Source: a virus. From it: a stretch of 64,000 nt of DNA. Positions 17,826 through 25,317 of the stretch are shown here, piece after piece; the first letter of the stretch is position 1, and each line of letters starts with the position of its first letter. The translations under genes and the position numbers were made by a program. The notes under the pieces were generated by a model, which made no database searches, was not told the DNA's origin, and was given only the letters and a program-made list of their open reading frames with translations. The stretch lies in IMG/VR virus record IMGVR_UViG_3300045988_165521; one strand, 5' to 3'.

Positions 17826-17990
17826 ATGGCAAAAATGAACATGAAGGCTATTACGATGGCTTTCAAAGAAGTTCTTCTCGATGAGGAGGGAAATCCTGTA
17901 AAGGATAATGAAGGTAAACCTGTTTATGTACGTGTGTTCCGAAAGGTTCGCCACAATGCAGCATACTTTCCCCGCACTTATCGCCGTTAG
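17826..17990 (+). CDS. small basic protein (54 aa, below cutoff), GC-richer
   Basis: Translation is MAKMNMKAITMAFKEVLLDEEGNPVKDNEGKPVYVRVFRKVRHNAAYFPRTYRR. Confidence 0.45.
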   Translation: MAKMNMKAITMAFKEVLLDEEGNPVKDNEGKPVYVRVFRKVRHNAAYFPRTYRR

Positions 17991-18540
17991 GCAGAAAATC
18001 CTACCTGCTTCACCAAAGGTGTAGTCCCTGTAATAGAACGTTACAGTTTTCTCTATTAAATATATGGAAAAACCATATATAAGAGAAGGAACCCATACTA
18101 AAACTATGAAGTTCTAAAAGGACGATAAACATTGCCTACATCTCTTTGATCGGAGGTGTAGGCTCTATTTTTTACCTATTTTCAAACGAATTCGTTAGGA
18201 GAAAGCAGAGCCTCTAATGCTTACGCAATAAGTATTATGCAGAAAACGCGACTAAAACTTGATTCCACAAGTGTTGAATTTTGTTGATTAAACGATACCA
18301 GATAGAGTGGCTCATACCCACAAACCTGAATTAAACTACATGATCGTAAAGTGTAGATTCTCCTGTAGGCATACAGGCTGTTATTGTTTACCCATTGGAA
18401 GGCGTGGGAATAGGTAGAGTTAAGGAGGAAGGTTAGTCTACTGGTGTATAGTAGTATAGAGAACATGGCCCAGTACTAGGCTGAATAATAGCCCATGTTA
18501 GCACACCTTAACTTTTTAATTATTAAATTTCTATTAAGTT
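17991..18540 (+). ncRNA. ORF-free block D, candidate structured RNA
   Basis: There is no sense ORF (the 18221..18466 minus ORF looks spurious). It contains hairpin copy D followed by a T-run. Confidence 0.3.
18134..18163 (+). repeat. conserved-loop hairpin, copy D
   Basis: Stem GCCTACATCTC/GAGGTGTAGGC (one G-U pair) around loop TTTGATCG, then TCTATTTTTT. Confidence 0.85.
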
Positions 18541-18761
18541 ATGGAAGAAGATTTTGATGGAAATCAAATATTAGGAGTAGGACTATTAATAGTAGCTGCA
18601 CTTGCAGCAATAATTCTAGCTCTAATGTAATCACATAAGTACTAAGCGAAAGCCGAGCGATGAGGGTTCATCTTCCTAATACGCGTTAAAGCTCCCGAGA
18701 GGTATCAGAACTGAGAATCAGAGTATGTTAAGTCTCAAAACGAAGAACAGTACTTATTTTA

Positions 18762-18835
18762 GGGCCCTTAGCTCAATTGGTTAGAGCAACTGACTCATAA
18801 TCAGTAGGTTATCAGTTCAAGTCTGGTAGGGCCCA
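18762..18835 (+). tRNA. tRNA with CAT anticodon, most similar to tRNA-Ile2 (lysidine type); Met not excluded
   Basis: GGGCCCTTAGCTCAATTGGTTAGAGC...CTCATAA...AGGGCCCA closely parallels E. coli ileX (GGCCCCUUAGCUCAGUGGUUAGAGC...). Confidence 0.9.
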
Positions 18836-19170
18836 CTATATTAAAGTTATCTGAGGTAGAAGGAAAGTACCGCTCTGTACTGAACACGGACAGGTAGAAG
18901 GTGGAAGTGAATTCCTTAAATCTCTTAGGTGTTCAGCTGAGGTTTAAGAAGGTTCATGTGTAAGATAACTTTAATTTAAACTAGCTCGCCGTCTCACCTT
19001 TCATTGGAAAGATAGTGTACCGTATATTTAGTTCTAGTACATGAAGGAGACATACTTCGAGGATAATCTGGAGGTCGCGAACGAAAGATGAAAGTAAGAT
19101 GTTAGATAGGGCCTGGTAATACAGGGGAACTGAGAGCGAGACTCAGGATGGACACAAAATTTTTAGTAAA
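18836..19170 (+). ncRNA. ORF-free block E with long-range inverted repeats
   Basis: TTAAAGTTATCT (about 18841) pairs with AGATAACTTTAA (about 18966). No ORF is present. Confidence 0.3.
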
Positions 19171-19470
19171 ATGATAACAAAAGAAGATATAATTCACTGG
19201 TTTGAAGCTCTCAAAAATAAATGTGATAAAGTAACAACAGGCAATTGTTCTCATGAAGTTAATTCGATTCGTTTCTTAGCATCTAATTGGGCGGATAAAA
19301 TGAAGAAAGAGCAAGGAGAAACTATGTTTTATCATAATTTCATTGGTATATCTGAAGTTTGTGTTAAGATAACTTCTGGAAATCTTGCTCATCATATAGC
19401 AACGATTAAAAGAATGTGTACTCGAAATATAGAGTTCATTGAAAAGTATGGAATAGAAGAAATAAGTTAA
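19171..19470 (+). CDS. hypothetical protein (99 aa)
   Basis: ORF-track ORF. Confidence 0.55.
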   Translation: MITKEDIIHWFEALKNKCDKVTTGNCSHEVNSIRFLASNWADKMKKEQGETMFYHNFIGISEVCVKITSGNLAHHIATIKRMCTRNIEFIEKYGIEEIS

Positions 19471-19472
19471 GT

Positions 19473-20165
19473 ATGAGTAGTTATTATCAAAAAATCAATA
19501 CTCTCTATAAAAGAGATATGACAAAACCTAAGAAACCGATAATTCTTGGAGAATATTCGGAATCTGAGTTTGAAGTTCTTAAAGATCTTAAATGGGAAGC
19601 TACTGAAAAGATTGATGGAACTAATATGTCTTGTTGTTTTCATCCAGGTCTAAGAATGATTGAAATTCGAGGCAAAACTGAAAATGCAAGCATTCCCACT
19701 CACTTACATAAGCGAATGGAGGAATTGTTTCAGTTTGATCTCTTATATAAAGCTTTCGGAGTACAAACAGAAATAGGAGAAACTGTTTATCCTGAAAAAG
19801 TAGAAATCTTTGGAGAAGGGTATGGCCTAAAGATTCAAAAAGGTGGAAACTATATTAAAGATCATTGTGATTTCATTTTGTTTGATATAAGAATTCTTAC
19901 ATCTACAGGTGAATCTCTTTGGTTAACTCGAGAAGCATGTGAAGATATTGCTAAAAAGCTTAATCTTAAAATTGTTCCTTTAGTAGGTTATATGACTATT
20001 AAAGAAGCTGAGGATTTTGTAAAAGCAGGTTTCAAGTCTTTAATTGCAGAAAATAAAGACTATATTGCTGAGGGTCTTGTACTTAAAGCACCTTGTGGTC
20101 TATTAAATCGCAGAGGTAAGAGAATTATTACAAAGATTAAGTATTGCGATTATAAAGATCTTTAA
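19473..20165 (+). CDS. ATP-dependent RNA ligase-like nucleotidyltransferase
   Basis: Motif I is EKIDGTN (KxDG). Downstream motifs FGEGYG and ILFDI follow in ligase order. It is a small (230 aa) Rnl-type protein. Confidence 0.75.
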   Translation: MSSYYQKINTLYKRDMTKPKKPIILGEYSESEFEVLKDLKWEATEKIDGTNMSCCFHPGLRMIEIRGKTENASIPTHLHKRMEELFQFDLLYKAFGVQTEIGETVYPEKVEIFGEGYGLKIQKGGNYIKDHCDFILFDIRILTSTGESLWLTREACEDIAKKLNLKIVPLVGYMTIKEAEDFVKAGFKSLIAENKDYIAEGLVLKAPCGLLNRRGKRIITKIKYCDYKDL

Positions 20166-20166
20166 T

Positions 20167-20343
20167 ATGAGAGCCCTCAACATTTTAGTACTATTAGCAA
20201 TTGTATTGCTACTCTTTCTTTTAATAATTGTTTTAATAGGATATATAATGTTTAAAGCGTCTATTTGGTTAGGTGTTGGATATATTATGATTCTTATTGC
20301 AATTATTATATATCTTTTATACAAACAAATAGAAAAATACTAA
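20167..20343 (+). CDS. small two-TM membrane protein (58 aa, below cutoff)
   Basis: Translation is MRALNILVLLAIVLLLFLLIIVLIGYIMFKASIWLGVGYIMILIAIIIYLLYKQIEKY. Confidence 0.4.
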   Translation: MRALNILVLLAIVLLLFLLIIVLIGYIMFKASIWLGVGYIMILIAIIIYLLYKQIEKY

Positions 20344-20347
20344 ACAT

Positions 20348-21214
20348 ATGACTGAAAAGAATAAAGTCTTTTTTGCAGCAGATGGTATTACTGCTACTTC
20401 TGCAAATCATCTCTGCAACATAGGTAAAGAATATGTTGCATCTGCTCACAGTCGTCTTGATAACATTCGATTTATCACTACAACTGTAGAAACATTAAGT
20501 GCAGACAACCGCATTACTCTCTCGCAAGGATTAAATTCTGCAGAAGTACTTTCTTTAAAAGAAGAGATCAGAAAAATTGCTGAAATCAATGCATTTATTG
20601 CATATATGCGAGAGGCAATTAAAGCAAAAGATGCTGAGCATCGTGCTGTAAAAGAGCTTTCTTTTAAGGATTGGTGCGAGCAGGAAAGTATTACTCTTCC
20701 TGAATATCCCGCTAGTCCTAAGTATCCTTCTTTTGAAGATATCTTAGGAGAGTTAGATATCAAGGAGCGTAATCGTTATTACACTCTTGGGGCAGAAGCT
20801 GCTATCATTGGTAAGCAGATTCATCCTCGTGGTGCTATTCATGAAGCACGTGAAAAGCTGTTTGATGCAATATCAAATCCTGCGTTAGTAGAAGATGATA
20901 AAGTTTATCGTCATGTTGCATCAGTAAAACAGGAAGAAGTTGAAGAACTTTACTTTGAGCTGCAAAAGCAACATCGTGCTGTTGAAGCAAGTCTCAATGC
21001 CATTAAAGGTTCTATTGATCAACGTGTTGCAGAAGAAACTGCAAAACTTGATACAGAAACTGCAGTTAAATTCAAGCAATATTCAAATGAAATAGAGCTT
21101 TTGAATAAGCAGTTTACAACCTGGAAAAATGAGGAAATAAGTAAAATTGGTAAACTTCGGATTATAATTCCGAATGAACTGAAAGATACTTATGATTTCT
21201 TAAGTTCTCTCTAA
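20348..21214 (+). CDS. hypothetical protein (288 aa), GC-richer
   Basis: ORF-track ORF with an ATG start. Confidence 0.7.
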   Translation: MTEKNKVFFAADGITATSANHLCNIGKEYVASAHSRLDNIRFITTTVETLSADNRITLSQGLNSAEVLSLKEEIRKIAEINAFIAYMREAIKAKDAEHRAVKELSFKDWCEQESITLPEYPASPKYPSFEDILGELDIKERNRYYTLGAEAAIIGKQIHPRGAIHEAREKLFDAISNPALVEDDKVYRHVASVKQEEVEELYFELQKQHRAVEASLNAIKGSIDQRVAEETAKLDTETAVKFKQYSNEIELLNKQFTTWKNEEISKIGKLRIIIPNELKDTYDFLSSL

Positions 21215-21964
21215 TAGGTAGATAGATGCTATACTGTATTTTCATCAGTATACTCTATCTTTTACATAGGACTAAATCCTACAAGATATATTGTGTGTTA
21301 TACGCGTGTTGCGGATAATACAAATATAGACAAACACTTGCTCTAGTAAAGCACATGTATGCTAAGCATTATTAGTATTGTACAAACTTGTGAAATACTT
21401 CAAATATAAATATAATTGACTTTGTTTTTAGCTTTGAGAAGTATTTCGTCATGGTCATTGTTTTTACTTTTGCCTCTGTTAGGATTTAGTCCTATGACTA
21501 TTTCTTTATATACCTGCTGACTCCTGCGGTATAGAAAATGGGTAGTTTTCCTTCGACTATATGTAAGGGTATGTAACTCAGTGATACTTAAGACTGAGGG
21601 AGTTAAAACTAATCTTAAAAGTTTGGTAGATTGGCTATTAGATCCCCACAAGAAATAGCCCTCCGCGATGTTCAGGCAACTTCACGCGTATCTGAAGTAT
21701 CCCTATCGTCTTTCCTAGGACATTAAACAAGGATCTTGAGCCTATCGAGAATACGGGGCAATTCGGTCGGTTTTTTCATGTTAGGTTCCGCAGAAATAAA
21801 GAACATGCTATGTAGTTTCCATCGTGAAATAATAGCCGCGGTTAGTGTTTTCACACTAATCTCCGTTATAATTAGAGTAGGGATACTCTAGACTACAAGC
21901 TTGGAGTTCCACAAGTTTAAAAAAGAATCCTACTAGGGAGGTGATGGTTAATTTCTCCCTGCTC
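21215..21964 (+). ncRNA. ORF-free block F upstream of the tmRNA
   Basis: No credible ORF (the minus-strand ORFs 21400..21651 and 21856..22044 lack support). G+C is intermediate. Confidence 0.25.
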
Positions 21965-22342
21965 GGGGCTGCTAGGTATTTGATCCTAATGTCAAGTAAT
22001 ATCAATCGTGTCGAGTTTGATTCATACTCGTAAAACAGATTCAAACAATAAACGCAAATAACATTTTTTCGCGCATTATCAACAAGGTTGAGACGGCGCT
22101 GTTTGGCGACATTGAAGGAGTAGCTTTAATAGCTGCGTAAATCAATGGGAGGTTCGTCACTCTTAAACTGGCGAGAACAACACTTCCTTTCAAGGTTTGG
22201 CTTCGTTCCTTAAAAATGAGCTGGTGGATGGGTCACCTTCGGGTACCCCTATTGGGTAGTTCCAATTAAAACAAAACTAACACACGTAATAAGTTGATAT
22301 TAGGAGAATTAGGAGACACGCGTTCGATTCGCGTCAGCTCCA
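21965..22342 (+). ncRNA. ssrA: tmRNA (transfer-messenger RNA)
   Basis: 5' GGGGCTG pairs with 3' CAGCTCC, including G3-U70, and is followed by A73. The T arm is ACGCG-TTCGATT-CGCGT. The ends resemble E. coli GGGGCUGAUUCUGGAUUCGAC and ...CCAGCUCCACCA. An internal frame ...GDIEGVALIAA-TAA (stop at 22138-22140) looks like a tag. Length is 378 nt. Confidence 0.85.
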
Positions 22343-22350
22343 CTATTTAA

Positions 22351-22382
22351 TACTCAGCTACTTAGGTGGCTGAGTATTTTTT
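22351..22382 (+). terminator. rho-independent terminator after the tmRNA
   Basis: Hairpin TACTCAGC-tacttaggtg-GCTGAGTA followed by T6. Confidence 0.8.
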
Positions 22383-22395
22383 AAAATTGAAATTT

Positions 22396-22668
22396 ATGAG
22401 TAGTAAATTAAAGATATTTCAATATCATAACGTACATCTATACAATCTAAAACAATATAGAATAGCTTTAGAAGTTGGAGTATATAATTCTATGGAAGGT
22501 TTTCTAAGTGTATTAGGAAGTAATCAACGTTTAGCTTGGGAATTTAAAAAATGGTTACCTATACATAAAGAAGATTTTATTCCATATTCTATGAATTATC
22601 GATATGGGCATGTAATAGTATATAGTGATATGTGTATACAAATAGTTTATAGAATATGGGTAAGATAG
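22396..22668 (+). CDS. YRI-tail family small protein (tandem copy 1)
   Basis: The track ORF starts at a GTG inside the terminator; the ATG is at 22396. It ends ...QIVYRIWVR. Its last codons contain the ATG of the next copy. Confidence 0.6.
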   Translation: MSSKLKIFQYHNVHLYNLKQYRIALEVGVYNSMEGFLSVLGSNQRLAWEFKKWLPIHKEDFIPYSMNYRYGHVIVYSDMCIQIVYRIWVR

Positions 22669-22925
22669 TTCAAATTATAGATTCTTTCTATGCTGAACGA
22701 TTGTCATTTAGAATTTGTGAGGTCGTAGGAACTTACAATAATCCTTTTGCACCTCCAAGTAGACTTATAGTTGGAAGTAATAAATTTTTGTCTTGGGAAT
22801 TTGATGAGTGGCTTCCAGAAGTTAAGGATTTTGTTAACCTAGAGAAAAAATCATTAAGATATGGAAGAGTACTTGTTGTAGGGGATGAATATGAGATTAC
22901 AAAATATCGTATATGGATAAAATAG
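22656..22925 (+). CDS. YRI-tail family small protein (tandem copy 2)
   Basis: Starts MGKIVQI and ends ...ITKYRIWIK. It shares L[AS]WEF..WLP with copy 1. Confidence 0.65.
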   Translation: MGKIVQIIDSFYAERLSFRICEVVGTYNNPFAPPSRLIVGSNKFLSWEFDEWLPEVKDFVNLEKKSLRYGRVLVVGDEYEITKYRIWIK

Positions 22926-23182
22926 TACAGATTAAATATGCCCGTGGATTACGGTATGCAAAAAACAAGATATGCTTGATATTAGGTATAGATGAAGGTG
23001 GAACTGTTATTTTGGCTCGAAGTTCTAGTTTAAGTTGGAAGATTCCTAAGGATCTAATATCTCATCTTGTTAAATGTAATTTTACTTCTAAAGAATCTAA
23101 AAAATTAAATCTTATTTGTGGAAGATATATAGAACCTAAGGATATTACTTGTTATGTAAAATACCGTATATGGATAAGTTAA
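22913..23182 (+). CDS. YRI-tail family small protein (tandem copy 3)
   Basis: Starts MDKIVQI and ends ...YVKYRIWIS. Confidence 0.65.
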   Translation: MDKIVQIKYARGLRYAKNKICLILGIDEGGTVILARSSSLSWKIPKDLISHLVKCNFTSKESKKLNLICGRYIEPKDITCYVKYRIWIS

Positions 23183-23292
23183 CTTCTTATGACATTTGTA
23201 CAAAATACGGATGTCTTTCTCGGATATTTACTTTAATTACATATTTTATTATGTTATTTGTAGTAATTTTATTACTTAATATTATATTATAA
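23170..23292 (+). CDS. small membrane peptide (40 aa)
   Basis: Its ATG is embedded in the RIW codons of copy 3, the same overlap geometry as the tandem copies. Translation is MDKLTSYDICTKYGCLSRIFTLITYFIMLFVVILLLNIIL. Confidence 0.3.
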   Translation: MDKLTSYDICTKYGCLSRIFTLITYFIMLFVVILLLNIIL

Positions 23293-23399
23293 TGAAAACT
23301 TCTGATTATACTATATATTCTATAGTAGCTTATTTATACTATTTCTCCAAGTCTTTGTTTTAAGATTGGATTACTTTTAAGTATTATTAAGAAATTATA

Positions 23400-23765
23400 A
23401 TGTTAAGAAAACTTAGCATAATTTTCATTAGATTAGCTCCTGTACTTCTTGCAATTAAAATTTTAGTATTGCTACTAGCTGAATATTTTGTAGTTAGTTC
23501 TTTGTTGATTGGGTTGGTCAGTTCAATTACTGATCTTTTAATTGCAATTGGATTACTTATACTCTCACTAACATTTAAGTTTTGTATCTATCATAGACTG
23601 ATAATATATTATGTCTTTGTAAGTTACATCAGTTATATTGTTAGTATATTATTTGGATTTTCATTAACAAATATAATATTCGTATCTTTATTTCTATGTC
23701 TAACTATTATTATTATATTTTTAGTAGTTTATACATATTTGAGATATGGAGATAGAAAACAATGA
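23400..23765 (+). CDS. multi-pass membrane protein (121 aa)
   Basis: ORF-track ORF, hydrophobic throughout. Its TGA stop is followed immediately by TAA and overlaps the next ATG. Confidence 0.6.
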   Translation: MLRKLSIIFIRLAPVLLAIKILVLLLAEYFVVSSLLIGLVSSITDLLIAIGLLILSLTFKFCIYHRLIIYYVFVSYISYIVSILFGFSLTNIIFVSLFLCLTIIIIFLVVYTYLRYGDRKQ

Positions 23766-24676
23766 TAAATTGGAAATGTAATTCTTGCGATGGAATTTAC
23801 GAGTCATTAGATATTCGATTCACTAAGGCTTGTGATAATAATTGTTCTTTCTGCATTGAAAAATTTGGAATCAAGTCATTAGGAAAAACAGATGTAGCTG
23901 CCTTAGCTAAATCTGTTTTTGATAGTGATTTTAAAAATATACTTATAGTAGGTGGAGAACCTTTATTAGACTTACAGAAACTCTATCAATTTGTACATTT
24001 AGTTCGTTCATACACTAAAGTAAAGAAAATTTATGTTACAACTTCTTTACCCATAAGTATAGATATAAATCTTGATACTAAAAATCTATTAATAGATATT
24101 ATAAAGTTAATTGATGGATTAAATGTATCACTTCAACATTATGATTCCAGAATCAATAATGTAGTATTACACGCTTCTTCAAAACATGATAGACTTGAAA
24201 CTTTATTTATGTTAACGCACATAAATCCTGAAATTCGGAATAAAATTCGCGTTAATCTTAATTTAGTTCAAGGATATATTGATAATAAAATAGAAGTTCT
24301 TAAAGCAATAAGATTATTATCAAATGTATATCATGTTAAAACAATCAAGCTAAACGAATTACAAAATAGTGATAAGTATGTATCTTTTGAAAATATATTC
24401 CTAGATTGTGAGTTATCATCTCCTTATGCTCATGGCTGTCAAACAGATATTACACATTATTTTGATTCTTTAAGTTTAATGCACGATATACAAATTCTCC
24501 TTAAAAGAAGTTGTTTTCTTGTTGAACCCTCTAAAACAGCTACTTTTTCTGATTTAGTTAAAGTAGTTGGTAAACGAATTAAGAATGAAAAACATAAGTT
24601 TGGAGTTCTATATGAGAATGGAAAATTAGAAAGTCATTGGTTAACAAATGAAGAAATTAATAACAAAACTCGCTAG
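23762..24676 (+). CDS. radical SAM domain protein
   Basis: CDNNCSFC is a CX3CX2C cluster motif, and GGEPLL lies downstream. Confidence 0.8.
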   Translation: MINWKCNSCDGIYESLDIRFTKACDNNCSFCIEKFGIKSLGKTDVAALAKSVFDSDFKNILIVGGEPLLDLQKLYQFVHLVRSYTKVKKIYVTTSLPISIDINLDTKNLLIDIIKLIDGLNVSLQHYDSRINNVVLHASSKHDRLETLFMLTHINPEIRNKIRVNLNLVQGYIDNKIEVLKAIRLLSNVYHVKTIKLNELQNSDKYVSFENIFLDCELSSPYAHGCQTDITHYFDSLSLMHDIQILLKRSCFLVEPSKTATFSDLVKVVGKRIKNEKHKFGVLYENGKLESHWLTNEEINNKTR

Positions 24677-24738
24677 AGCAATCTCTCGGAGTAGAGGCTG
24701 TCATGAAATCGAGACAGGTTGTCACTAAGTAACAATAT

Positions 24739-24810
24739 ACTCTCGTTGTTCAAGGCATAGGACGCAAAACTACGGATTTTGTAATAGAGGTTGGATTCCT
24801 CTCGAGAGTG
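24739..24810 (+). tRNA. tRNA-Arg(ACG)
   Basis: Acceptor ACTCTCG/CGAGAGT. Anticodon arm is CAAAA-CTACGGA-TTTTG. The T loop TTGGATT is unusual. Confidence 0.85.
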
Positions 24811-24833
24811 CAGACGTTTAATTTTTACACACT

Positions 24834-25025
24834 ATGCATTATAAACTTGTAATTTTCGAAAATCACACTAAATCTACTAGCTTAGACATCACTCCTGAAC
24901 AAGCTAGACAAATCTTAGGAGTAACAGACTATACTCCTGAACAGTATGAAATACTGGCAGAAATAACCAATCGTCCTGCATCCTACTTTATGGATGATTT
25001 AGTCGATTATTATGTAGACTTCTAA
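24834..25025 (+). CDS. hypothetical protein (63 aa)
   Basis: ORF-track ORF. Confidence 0.5.
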   Translation: MHYKLVIFENHTKSTSLDITPEQARQILGVTDYTPEQYEILAEITNRPASYFMDDLVDYYVDF

Positions 25026-25032
25026 TAAAAAT

Positions 25033-25317
25033 ATGGATCTTAAAGAACATATTGTAGGAGAAGTTGAAGGATATCCTGTAATCTACATTGAAGAAAAAGA
25101 TACAATTTTCTGTAAGAACACTGCTGTAAAATATTCTTTATTAAAAAGATTATATGATAGTCCTTTCTCAAGAGAAAAAATTGAGGAAAAATCTCTTACT
25201 ATAACAAAAGAAGAACATTTTGTTACATTTGGTTGTTTAACTACAACTAAAGAATATTGTCAAACTGTAATAAAAAATATAAATAAAATTAAAAATGGGA
25301 AATCCTGTAGGAGTTAA
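25033..25317 (+). CDS. hypothetical protein (94 aa)
   Basis: ORF-track ORF. Confidence 0.55.
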   Translation: MDLKEHIVGEVEGYPVIYIEEKDTIFCKNTAVKYSLLKRLYDSPFSREKIEEKSLTITKEEHFVTFGCLTTTKEYCQTVIKNINKIKNGKSCRS

